Part shown: piece after piece, positions 56,327 through 64,000 of the stretch | Layout of the letters: the number at the start of each line of letters is the position of its first letter | Numbering within the stretch: position 1 is the first letter of the stretch | Source: an uncultured Verrucomicrobiota bacterium | GTDB lineage: Bacteria; Verrucomicrobiota; CALLYA01; CAYNBQ01 | Assembly (NCBI GenBank): GCA_964395275.1 | Contig: CAYNBQ010000002.1 | Coordinates: forward strand, 16,731-80,730 | Reading direction: 5' to 3' | Length of the DNA stretch: 64,000 nt | Notes under the pieces: model-generated | Database searches by the model: none | The model's input: the letters and a program-made list of their open reading frames with translations, nothing else | What the model was told of the DNA's origin: nothing | Made by a program: the position numbers and the translations under genes

Positions 56327-57412
56327 ATGCCGGATACGGTCGGGTTCGCCATCATCGGTTGCGGAAACATCGCGGAAATCCATGCCCGCGCCATCGGGGA
56401 CGTTCCCGGCGCCCGCCTGGCCGCCGTGTACAGCCGGACGCGCTCGAAGGCCGAGAGAATCGCCGCCCTCGGCCGGGAGACGTTCGTCGGCGGAGACCTC
56501 GACTCGACGGTCTCGCGTTCCGACGTCGATGTCGTCGTCGTCGCCACGCCCAGCGGCGCCCACCTCGAGCCGGCCCTGGCGGCGGCCGCGGCGGGGAAGC
56601 ATCTCCTGATCGAGAAACCGATCGAGATCACCGTCGAACGGGTCGACCGCATTCTCGATGCCGCCCGCCGCGCCGGCGTCCGCGTCGGCGCCGTGTTCCA
56701 GTCCCGCTTCGGCCGGGGCGCCCGGGCCCTGAAAGACGCCGTCGACGCGGGCCGCTTCGGCCGGATCACCCTGGCCGACGCCTACGTCAAGTGGTTTCGT
56801 CCGCAGTCCTACTACGACGGCGGCGACTGGCGGGGAACCCGGCGATGGGACGGAGGCGGCGCGATCATGAACCAGTCGATCCACGCCGTGGATCTTCTCC
56901 AGTGGCTCGTCGGAATGCCGGACCGGATCATGGCCTTCGCCGCGGCGCTCGCGCACGAAAGGATCGAGGTCGAGGATACGGCCGTCGCCGTTCTCCGCTT
57001 TCCCGGCGGGGCCCTGGGGGTCCTCGAGGGCGCCACGTCGAGTTATCCCGGCTGGGCGAAGAGGATCGAGATCTCCGGCGACGAAGGATCCGTGATCCTC
57101 GAAGACGACCGCATCCTCGCCTGGGATTTTCTCCGTGCCTCCCCGCAGGACGAGACGATCCGCCGCACCTCGGAAACCGACGCCATCGGGGGCGGCGCCT
57201 CGGATCCGATGGCGATCGACATCGAGGGACACCGCCGGCAGATCGAGGACATGGTCGGGGTCGCGCGCGAAAACCGCGAACCCCGCATTCCCGGGGCCGA
57301 AGGGCGAAACGCGGTTCTGCTCATCGAATCCCTCTATCGCTCGGCCGAGGAAGGACGCCCCGTGGAGATCCCCCGGAAAGAATCCGGCGCCGGGGACCGG
57401 AGCGCGTCATGA
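56327..57412 (+). CDS. Gfo/Idh/MocA-family NAD(P)-dependent oxidoreductase
   Basis: ORF 56165..57412, trimmed to ATG 56327 with AAGGAG RBS at 56321-56326. [16 protein letters not shown] is a Rossmann motif; the EKP motif LLIEKPIE follows. Confidence 0.8.
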   Translation: MPDTVGFAIIGCGNIAEIHARAIGDVPGARLAAVYSRTRSKAERIAALGRETFVGGDLDSTVSRSDVDVVVVATPSGAHLEPALAAAAAGKHLLIEKPIEITVERVDRILDAARRAGVRVGAVFQSRFGRGARALKDAVDAGRFGRITLADAYVKWFRPQSYYDGGDWRGTRRWDGGGAIMNQSIHAVDLLQWLVGMPDRIMAFAAALAHERIEVEDTAVAVLRFPGGALGVLEGATSSYPGWAKRIEISGDEGSVILEDDRILAWDFLRASPQDETIRRTSETDAIGGGASDPMAIDIEGHRRQIEDMVGVARENREPRIPGAEGRNAVLLIESLYRSAEEGRPVEIPRKESGAGDRSAS

Positions 57413-58938
57413 AGGTCGGGGGGGTGTGGCGATACCTCGGCTGCGGATGGGCGGTCGTCTCCGTCTTCGCCGCCGCGCCGGCGCATGCGCAGGAGCGGGT
57501 TCCGGATCCCGCACAAGCGACCGGCCGGATCCGCGGCGGCGGGGCCGCCGTCGCGGGCGCCGACCGGATGCGGTACATCGTCGACACCTCGATCCGCCTC
57601 GGCATTCGGCCGGAGACGACGGGTCCGTCGATCGCGGGATTCTACCGGGAACGCCTCACCTTTCTCGAGCTGGACGCCGCGCCCGCGTCGGGACCGATCC
57701 AGCTCGATCGCGTCTCCCAGTTGCTCTACGCGGGAGGATACCTGCCTCCCCTCGACGGATGGTCCCTGGGACTCGTCGGCGGCGTCGCCGGCGCGCGCGC
57801 CGCGGATACGATCGGGGAATACCGGGTCGGATTCGTCGGACCGGGGCTCGTCCTGAACCTGCCCGCCCGGGGCATCGAAGCGGAATGCATCGCCGCACCG
57901 GCCTTCGACACCCGGGGGGTCGACACCGACGCATGGTACCTTCTCGACATGGCGTGGACCCCGTCGTTCGCGTCGGGTTGGATCACCCTGGATCTCCGCT
58001 ACGAGGGTCTCGGCGACCCGTCCCCGTCGGGCGGCGCGTGGGAGGGCGGCGCCGTGCTGCATCTGATGCCGAACCGGCCCCGCTCGGTGGATCTCGCCTT
58101 GCGCTACGTGTCGGTCGAAGACCAGCCCCTCTTCTCCTTCGACGACGACGGATGGGGATTCTGGATCGAACTCCAGGCGGACCCCTCTTCCGACGGGACC
58201 GGCCCCGGGGATTCCGAGGGCGCCGCCGGCTCCCTCCTCGCCTCGGGATCCCTGCGTCTGGGCCTCGGCGACGACGGGTACACCTCGCGGTTCGGAGCGC
58301 GCGCCTTCTGGCGCGCCCCCGGAAGAAACTACGGATTCCACGTGGACTACTGCGCGCGCACCGACGTTTCCGACGACCCCATCGGCATGTTCGCCGTCTC
58401 CCTCGGACCCGCCCTGGAGTTCGCGACGCCGCCCCCGCCCCTCGAAGGTCCCGAGCGGATCCTCGTCGGCCTGGAGTTTCTCCATCGCAGCGATCACGCC
58501 CTCGACGCCGACCCCGGGCGGCTCGCCGCGTCGGGCCACTACACCGATCTCGGTTCCATGGTCGAACATACGAACATCAACATCGTCCCGCGGCTTTTCC
58601 TCACCACCTCCGGCTGGCATTCCCCGGATCTCTTCCGCACCGCCGATCCTCCCCGCTGGTCCGTCCGGCTGGCGGCCGGATACCGGCTCGGCACGAACAG
58701 CGCGGACCCGGGGTTCGCCGGCAGCGCCGGCCTGCGGATCAATTTCCTGAGACGGGAAAACCTGACCGGCTATCTCCGGGGCATCCTCGGCACGGGTCGG
58801 GAGACGCCCGAGACCGCCGCGGAGATCGGGCTGGAATCCGGACCGTGGCTTTTCTATCTGTCGTGGAGCGATCCCGACCTCGATGCGAATCTCGGGGATC
58901 CGCTCGAGGGTACCGTGGGAATCGGTTTCCGCCTTTGA
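57409..58938 (+). CDS. Hypothetical secreted / outer-membrane-like protein
   Basis: Frame of ORF 55978..58938 from ATG 57409 (ATGA overlap). Signal peptide [29 protein letters not shown]. Gly/aromatic-rich with alternating hydrophobic pattern; C-terminus ...GTVGIGFRL. Confidence 0.55.
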   Translation: MKVGGVWRYLGCGWAVVSVFAAAPAHAQERVPDPAQATGRIRGGGAAVAGADRMRYIVDTSIRLGIRPETTGPSIAGFYRERLTFLELDAAPASGPIQLDRVSQLLYAGGYLPPLDGWSLGLVGGVAGARAADTIGEYRVGFVGPGLVLNLPARGIEAECIAAPAFDTRGVDTDAWYLLDMAWTPSFASGWITLDLRYEGLGDPSPSGGAWEGGAVLHLMPNRPRSVDLALRYVSVEDQPLFSFDDDGWGFWIELQADPSSDGTGPGDSEGAAGSLLASGSLRLGLGDDGYTSRFGARAFWRAPGRNYGFHVDYCARTDVSDDPIGMFAVSLGPALEFATPPPPLEGPERILVGLEFLHRSDHALDADPGRLAASGHYTDLGSMVEHTNINIVPRLFLTTSGWHSPDLFRTADPPRWSVRLAAGYRLGTNSADPGFAGSAGLRINFLRRENLTGYLRGILGTGRETPETAAEIGLESGPWLFYLSWSDPDLDANLGDPLEGTVGIGFRL

Positions 58939-60353
58939 AGACCCGAAACGCCATTCTGCTCTTCGCCTTCTGCGGGGCCGCATCGGGGTTTGCCGACGGG
59001 CTTCCGGCGGCCGATCCCGCGCCTCCGCCGCCCTCCTTCGCATGGGGCGGCGTCTGGCCCATCTACGAACGCGACGCCGAACAGACCTCCTGGCTCGGAC
59101 CCTTCTTCCAGCAGTGGCGCACCGGGGAAAAGGAGGGCTGGGCCCTGCGGCCGCTTTTCGCACGATTCTCAGACGGGGATCGGGAAGGATGGGACCTCCT
59201 CTTTCCCGTCGCCCTGTACCGATCGTACGACGATTTCCACCGCTACCAGGTCCTCTTCCTCTTCCACCGCAAGGTCCGTTCGGACCCGCAGACGGCGGAC
59301 GTCCGGACCACGCTTTTTCCGGTCTATTTCTCCCGGCGCTCCGTGGATCCCGACTACGATTATCTCGCGGTCTTCCCGATCGCCGGAACCATCCGGCACC
59401 GCTTCTTCAACGATTCCCTTTCCTTCGTCCTCTTCCCCGTCTACGCCCGGTTCGTGCGCAAGGGCATCGCCACGACCTACTATCTCTGGCCGTTCGTGTC
59501 CCGCGGTCCCCGGGGAGCCGGACGCACCGGCTGGTCCTTCTTCCCCTTCTTCGGCCTGCGCCAGAGCGACGGGGTCCGACGGGGATTCTACTTCTGGCCG
59601 ATCGTCACCTGGCGGGAAACCGCGGGCGGTTCGAAACACGCGGCGATCCTCCCGATCGTATCCAGCACGGAATCCCCCCAGAGTCGCAGCCTGACGATCC
59701 TGTGGCCCTTCTTCCGATGGCAACGGGTCGATCTGCCCGAATACCGGGAATTCGGGGCCCCCTGGCCCTTCGTGGTCTTCGGACGGGGGGAACGGAAGAG
59801 CCGCCAACGGGTCTGGCCGATCGTCAACTCCTACGTCAGCCGCGACATGCGCAAGGCGACGTTCGCATGGCCCTTCTGGATCGAACGGACCACGAGCCGG
59901 GCCGACGGCCTGCGCCGCACCCGGAGGATGCTCCTGATCTTCGCCACCGAGGAACTCGACCCCCGCCCGCCGCCCGGAAAACCGGCCCACACCGCCACGA
60001 TCTGGCCCCTTCTCTGCTGGCGGAAATCCCCCGCCGGACGGGTCGAATGGCAGATCCCCGCCCCGATCTCCGGGATCCTTCCCCGCAGTCGAACCGTCCG
60101 CAGGAACTACTCCCCCTTCTTCCAGTGGATTCACAGCCGGACGACGCCCGACGGCGGGCGCGATTTCGAACTGCTCTGGGGGCTCTGGCGATCGCGCCGG
60201 ACATCCCGTTCCTCCCAGTGGAGCCTCGCCGGTTCCCTGATCCAGAGGACCACCATCCGGACGCCCCGAGGTCGCAGATCCCGCTGGCGGCTTCTCTATG
60301 GCATGATCGACACCGGACGATCCGGGGATCCCCCGGGGAAGACGAAGCACTGA
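58935..60353 (+). CDS. Hypothetical exported tandem-repeat protein (about 16 copies of a ~23-aa hydrophobic-W/F-P-[IFV] repeat)
   Basis: Frame of ORF 57135..60353 from TTG 58935 (TTGA overlap). Signal-peptide-like KTRNAILLFAFCGAASGFA. Repeats YYLWPFVSRG, FYFWPIVTWRE, LTILWPFFRWQR, GAPWPFVVFGRG, QRVWPIVNSYVSR, TFAWPFWIERT, TATIWPLLCWRK. Start codon uncertain. Confidence 0.5.
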   Translation: MKTRNAILLFAFCGAASGFADGLPAADPAPPPPSFAWGGVWPIYERDAEQTSWLGPFFQQWRTGEKEGWALRPLFARFSDGDREGWDLLFPVALYRSYDDFHRYQVLFLFHRKVRSDPQTADVRTTLFPVYFSRRSVDPDYDYLAVFPIAGTIRHRFFNDSLSFVLFPVYARFVRKGIATTYYLWPFVSRGPRGAGRTGWSFFPFFGLRQSDGVRRGFYFWPIVTWRETAGGSKHAAILPIVSSTESPQSRSLTILWPFFRWQRVDLPEYREFGAPWPFVVFGRGERKSRQRVWPIVNSYVSRDMRKATFAWPFWIERTTSRADGLRRTRRMLLIFATEELDPRPPPGKPAHTATIWPLLCWRKSPAGRVEWQIPAPISGILPRSRTVRRNYSPFFQWIHSRTTPDGGRDFELLWGLWRSRRTSRSSQWSLAGSLIQRTTIRTPRGRRSRWRLLYGMIDTGRSGDPPGKTKH

Positions 60354-60355
60354 CG

Positions 60356-61132
60356 ATGGTCGGACGAATCACCACATGCAGACTCTGGCTCTGCCGATGG
60401 CTCGCCTCGATGGGCGAGGTCGTTTCCCTCTTCTTCCGCGCCATGGCCAGAATCAGCCTGCGCGGCAACCACCGCCGCCGCCTGATGGAACAACTGGCGG
60501 AAATCGGGTTCGCCACCGTGCCGATGGCCTGCCTGGTCTCCCTCTTCATCGGCGGCGTTCTCTCCCTGCAGACCGGCCACCTGCTGGCCCGACACGGCGC
60601 CCTTTCCGGCCTCGGCGGACTTGTCGGCATGAGCGTCGCCCTGGAACTGTCGCCCGTAATGATGGCCATCCTCCTGGCCGGCCGCATGGGATCGGCCATG
60701 ACCGCCGAACTCGCCTCGATGAGCATCTACGACGAGGTCGACGCCCTGCGCATGATGCGCCTGGACCCGATCCGGTTTCTGGCCACCCCCCGGATCCTCG
60801 CGTCGATGCTGTGCATGCCGGTGCTGGCGATCATCAGCGACGTCATCGGCTGGACCGGCGGCGCCGTCGTCGCCCGGTTCAACACCGCCACCCAGCTTCC
60901 CTTCGGTCTCTACTACCAGGGACTCTCCAGCGCCGTCTCGTTTCCCGACGTGCTGCGGGGTCTCGTCAAGTCGTTCGCCTTCGGCATCATCATCTCGTCC
61001 ATCTGCTGTTCGATCGGCCTGAACGCCCGCGGCGGTCCGCGCGAGATCGGCACCTCGGTCACCCGGGCGGTCGTCCTGTCGATCGTCTCGGTGCTGATCT
61101 CCGACTACATCATCACGAGGATTCTGCTCTGA
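60356..61132 (+). CDS. mlaE: Mla/MCE-type ABC transporter permease
   Basis: Frame of ORF 58883..61132 from ATG 60356. MlaE signature (EQLAEIGFATVPMACLVSLFIGGVLSLQTG...LELSPVMMAILLAGRMGSAMTAELASM). Confidence 0.85.
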   Translation: MVGRITTCRLWLCRWLASMGEVVSLFFRAMARISLRGNHRRRLMEQLAEIGFATVPMACLVSLFIGGVLSLQTGHLLARHGALSGLGGLVGMSVALELSPVMMAILLAGRMGSAMTAELASMSIYDEVDALRMMRLDPIRFLATPRILASMLCMPVLAIISDVIGWTGGAVVARFNTATQLPFGLYYQGLSSAVSFPDVLRGLVKSFAFGIIISSICCSIGLNARGGPREIGTSVTRAVVLSIVSVLISDYIITRILL

Positions 61133-61914
61133 TGAAACCGCGCCGACCCTGCCCTCCCTGCGCCCTCGAGGAGATCGTGCTCGAGGCGAACGGCCTGGTG
61201 CGCCGGTTCGGATCGAACCTCGTGCTGGACCATGTCGACCTGCGGATCCGACGCGGCGAATGCTACGTCATCATGGGGCCCAGCGGCGCCGGCAAGAGCG
61301 TCCTGCTGCGCCACCTCGCCGGCCTGGCGGAACCGGACGAGGGCACCGTGTGCATCCTCGGCGCGGACATCCACTGCATCGACGAGGAAAACCGTCCCCC
61401 GCTGTCGATCGTCTTCCAGTCGGCCGCCCTGCTGAATTCGCTCACGGTCGGGGAAAACGTCGGTCTGGCGATGATCGAACGCAACGAACCGATCGAAGAG
61501 GTCCGGCGCGTCGTCCGGCAGAACCTGGAACTGGTCGGCTTGCCGGACGTCGAGGACTACATGCCGCCGGAGCTGAGCGGCGGAATGCGCAAACGCGTCG
61601 CCATCGCCCGCGCCCTCTCCATCTCCTCGGAGATCATCTTCTACGACGAACCGACCTCGGAACTCGACCCGATCACCGCCGCGCGGATCGCGGAACTCAT
61701 GGACCGGCTTCAGAAACGCCTCCGCCGCACGGCGGTCGTCGTGACGCACGACCGCGACCTGGCCTATTTCCTCGCCGACCGCGTCGGAATCCTTCACGGA
61801 GGCCGCATCATCTGCGAAGGTTCGCCCGACGAGGTCTGGGCGTCCCGTCAACCCGAGATCAGGGAGTTCCTCGACGTCCACATCGGAACTCTCTCCGCCG
61901 GGAGGCGACAGTGA
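61132..61914 (+). CDS. mlaF: Mla/MCE-type ABC transporter ATP-binding protein
   Basis: Frame of ORF 60376..61914 from ATG 61132 (TGATG overlap). Walker A GPSGAGKS, signature LSGGMRKRVAIARAL, Walker B IIFYDEPTSELD. Confidence 0.85.
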   Translation: MKPRRPCPPCALEEIVLEANGLVRRFGSNLVLDHVDLRIRRGECYVIMGPSGAGKSVLLRHLAGLAEPDEGTVCILGADIHCIDEENRPPLSIVFQSAALLNSLTVGENVGLAMIERNEPIEEVRRVVRQNLELVGLPDVEDYMPPELSGGMRKRVAIARALSISSEIIFYDEPTSELDPITAARIAELMDRLQKRLRRTAVVVTHDRDLAYFLADRVGILHGGRIICEGSPDEVWASRQPEIREFLDVHIGTLSAGRRQ

Positions 61915-62933
61915 AACAGATCGAATCCATCAAAGTCGGTACGTTCTTCGTCCTCGGCATGGTGCTCCTGGCCGCCATCTTCGAACTGGTCGCCGGCCGG
62001 ACCACCCTTCTGCGGGGATACACCCTTCACACCTGGTTCGACTCCACCCTCGAACTCAAGACGGGGGACCCGGTGCGCCTGGCCGGCGTCATCGTCGGCG
62101 ACGTCGAATCCATCGAACTGGAACCCGAAAGCGTCCACGTCGTCCTCAAGATCCAGCCGGAGGTCCGGATCCGGGCCGACGCCGTGGCCAGCATCCGCAT
62201 GACCGGTCTGCTCGGGCAGAACTACATCTACATTTCCCTCGGCAGCCCGGAGGCCCCCGTGCTCGCCGACGGCGACCGCCTCGCATCCATGCCCGCCATG
62301 GATCTCGTGCAGACCATCCAGCGCCTCGGCGAGATTTCCGGACTCGTCGGCGACCTGCGCAGCACCCTGACCGGACCCACCGGCCTCCTCGGCCGCGCCT
62401 CCGCCCTGCTCGCCCCCGACGGGAACCTCGCCCTGACCCTCGCCAACGCCGAGGCCGTCACCGCCGCCCTGCGCGACGGACGCGGCACCGCCGGCCGGTT
62501 GATCCAGGACGACGCCCTCTACTCGGCCGCGGAATCCACCCTCGCGCAGTCCTCCCGGTTGCTCGCCGGAATCCGGGAGGGCCGCGGCACCCTGGGCCGC
62601 CTCGTCACCGACGAGACCCTCTACGAAGACACGGATTCGACGGTCCGCAAGGTGGGAGACGTCGCCGACGCCGTCGCATCTTCCCGGGGAACACTCGGGC
62701 TCCTGCTCCACGACGACCGTCTCTACGTCAACGCCGCCGACGCCGCCGGGAATCTCAATGCCATCCTGGCGAAGATCGTCCGGGGCGAAGGGGTCCTCGG
62801 GAAGGCCATGCAGGACGAGGACTTCGCACGCGAGGTGCGCACCGCCCTGCAGAGCATCACGCAGGCCAGCGAGGAGGTCGAAACCCAGGGGCCCCTCGCC
62901 GTCCTCGGACTGCTCATGGGAACGGCCTTCTGA
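61911..62933 (+). CDS. mlaD: MCE-domain substrate-binding protein
   Basis: Frame of ORF 61260..62933 from GTG 61911 (GTGA overlap), with GGGAGG RBS upstream. N-terminal TM, MCE domain, then a long helical C-terminal region (340 aa). Confidence 0.8.
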   Translation: MKQIESIKVGTFFVLGMVLLAAIFELVAGRTTLLRGYTLHTWFDSTLELKTGDPVRLAGVIVGDVESIELEPESVHVVLKIQPEVRIRADAVASIRMTGLLGQNYIYISLGSPEAPVLADGDRLASMPAMDLVQTIQRLGEISGLVGDLRSTLTGPTGLLGRASALLAPDGNLALTLANAEAVTAALRDGRGTAGRLIQDDALYSAAESTLAQSSRLLAGIREGRGTLGRLVTDETLYEDTDSTVRKVGDVADAVASSRGTLGLLLHDDRLYVNAADAAGNLNAILAKIVRGEGVLGKAMQDEDFAREVRTALQSITQASEEVETQGPLAVLGLLMGTAF

Positions 62934-62958
62934 TCCGGCCGCGCCCTCCCGCCGCGGC

Positions 62959-64000
62959 TCATTCGTCCGGCAGGGGCGCTCCGTACACATCGAAGAGACG
63001 GCGGATCACTCCCCCGAGGATCCGGCTCGGAGACGACGCCCCCGCCGTGATCCCCACCGTCAGCGGACGCGTCGCGTCGAGCCATCCGCTCGTCACCGCC
63101 TCGCTCCGGGTCTCGAGGTCGTAATGCCGGATCTCGTCCCGGGAGATCAGGCAGTCGGCCGATTCCACGAAATAGGCGGGACAGCGTTCCATCGCGATCT
63201 CCACCAGGTGCGACGTGTTGCTGCTGTTGTAACCGCCCACGATCAGCATGAGATCCGGATTCCGGTCGAGCAGTTCCGTGGTGGCGTCCTGGCGCTCCTG
63301 CGTGGCGCCGCAGATCGTCTCGTAATACCGGAACCGCTTCGGCAACTCCTCCTCCCCGTAGCGGTCGATCATCGCCTGCCGGATGCGGCGGCCGACCTCC
63401 TCGGATTCCCGGCCGAGCATCGTCGTCTGGTTCGCCAGCCCGATGCGTTCCAGGTGGCGGTTCGGATCGAACCCGGGAGACAACGCCCCCTCGAACCGTT
63501 CCCGGAACCGCCGCGCGTCCGCTCCACGCCGGATCGCATCGCAGACGATCTCCGTCTCTTCCAGATCCCGCACCACGACGTAGTGCCCCGAGTCCGGCGT
63601 CGCGCCGACCGCCCGGGAACTCGTTGCCAGGGTTTCCTCGTGACGCGCCCGGCCGTGGATCAGGGTCGTGAACGAGGCCTCCGCATACTGCCGAACCCGG
63701 CGCCAGACGCTCACCACGTCGCCGCAGGTGGTGTCCACCAAGTGACAACCGATCCGCTGCAACCGGTCCAGCATCTCCTTCGGCGCCCCGAAGGCCGGGA
63801 TGATCACCACGTCTTCCTCGCCGATCCGGGAGAGTTCATCCCCCGAACCGCGAGAATCGAGGAAACGGATCCCCAGTTCCCGCAGCCGCTGGTTCACGTC
63901 CGGGTTGTGGATGATCTCCCCGAGAATGAAGATCCGGCGCCCCTCGAAATGCCGACGGGTCGCGTAGGCCAGTTCGATCGCCCTCTCCACCCCGTAACAG
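62959..64000 (-). CDS. ispH: 4-hydroxy-3-methylbut-2-enyl diphosphate reductase (partial; N-terminus beyond window)
   Basis: ORF 62959..63990 continues in frame to the window edge (CYG-VERAIELA matches the IspH GFCAGVERAI region). FILGEIIHNPDV, GGYNSSNTSHL and the C-terminal half are typical of LytB/IspH. Confidence 0.8.
   Translation of the reverse strand, partial: CYGVERAIELAYATRRHFEGRRIFILGEIIHNPDVNQRLRELGIRFLDSRGSGDELSRIGEEDVVIIPAFGAPKEMLDRLQRIGCHLVDTTCGDVVSVWRRVRQYAEASFTTLIHGRARHEETLATSSRAVGATPDSGHYVVVRDLEETEIVCDAIRRGADARRFRERFEGALSPGFDPNRHLERIGLANQTTMLGRESEEVGRRIRQAMIDRYGEEELPKRFRYYETICGATQERQDATTELLDRNPDLMLIVGGYNSSNTSHLVEIAMERCPAYFVESADCLISRDEIRHYDLETRSEAVTSGWLDATRPLTVGITAGASSPSRILGGVIRRLFDVYGAPLPDE

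Noticed and set aside
53887-56769. 960-aa minus-strand ORF spanning lpxA
   Set aside because: Only the last 257 codons (lpxA) are real. The upstream 700 codons are a G/R-rich spurious extension that overlaps lpxC-fabZ in another frame.
62959-63990. Treating the ispH ORF start at 63990 as the true N-terminus
   Set aside because: The frame stays open to the window edge, and the upstream residues (CYG-VERAI) match the conserved IspH GFCAGVERAI block. The gene is therefore truncated by the window.
1-64000. CRISPR arrays, IS elements, transposases, prophage genes
   Set aside because: No regularly spaced direct repeats and no transposase or phage-like proteins were recognised anywhere in the window.

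Overview
This is a high-GC (roughly 65-70% by eye) Gram-negative chromosomal segment, shown by LPS genes lpxA and lpxC-fabZ, an Mla system and a type II secretion system. It is almost entirely an accessory cell-envelope and glycan region. Around the real genes the six-frame track is full of long spurious ORFs typical of high-GC DNA; genes were called by recognisable protein families and operon structure.

Features, start to end:
1. 1-17.3 kb (minus strand): a very long, translationally coupled polysaccharide operon.
- Wza/GumB-like exporter and a Wzc-like co-polymerase/tyrosine-kinase fusion.
- GDP-fucose genes gmd and fcl.
- A Wzm/Wzt ABC exporter and a sulfotransferase.
- A CDP-sugar branch (rfbF, epimerase, C-methyltransferase, cupin epimerase, DUF4910 pseudo-aminopeptidase, SDR), then a GT2, a deacetylase, an acetyltransferase and another GT2.
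2. 17.5-20.6 kb: a GHMP-kinase/UDP-sugar-pyrophosphorylase fusion plus a second GHMP kinase.
3. 20.6-25.4 kb: housekeeping genes and a PEP-CTERM/LTD protein.
4. 25.5-37 kb (plus strand): sppA, then gspK-gspL-gspM coupled directly to a second Wzm/Wzt exporter, glycosyltransferases and a UDP-sugar dehydrogenase.
5. 37-39.3 kb: a FucI/AraA-family isomerase and an AraD-like epimerase.
6. 39.3-48.6 kb: the most unusual element. Next to tRNA-His and downstream of gspD-E-F sits a three-gene operon. It encodes a 1776-aa exported protein (degenerate M28 peptidase domain, FtsX/MacB-fold permease module, extra cytoplasmic domain) flanked by two paralogous ~655-aa polytopic membrane proteins of unknown family.
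7. 48.9-56 kb: gspF, gspE, gspD, lpxA and lpxC-fabZ.
8. 56.3-62.9 kb: an oxidoreductase, an outer-membrane-like protein and a 'WP'-repeat protein coupled to mlaE, mlaF and mlaD; then a partial ispH.

No CRISPR array, IS element or integrase is visible.
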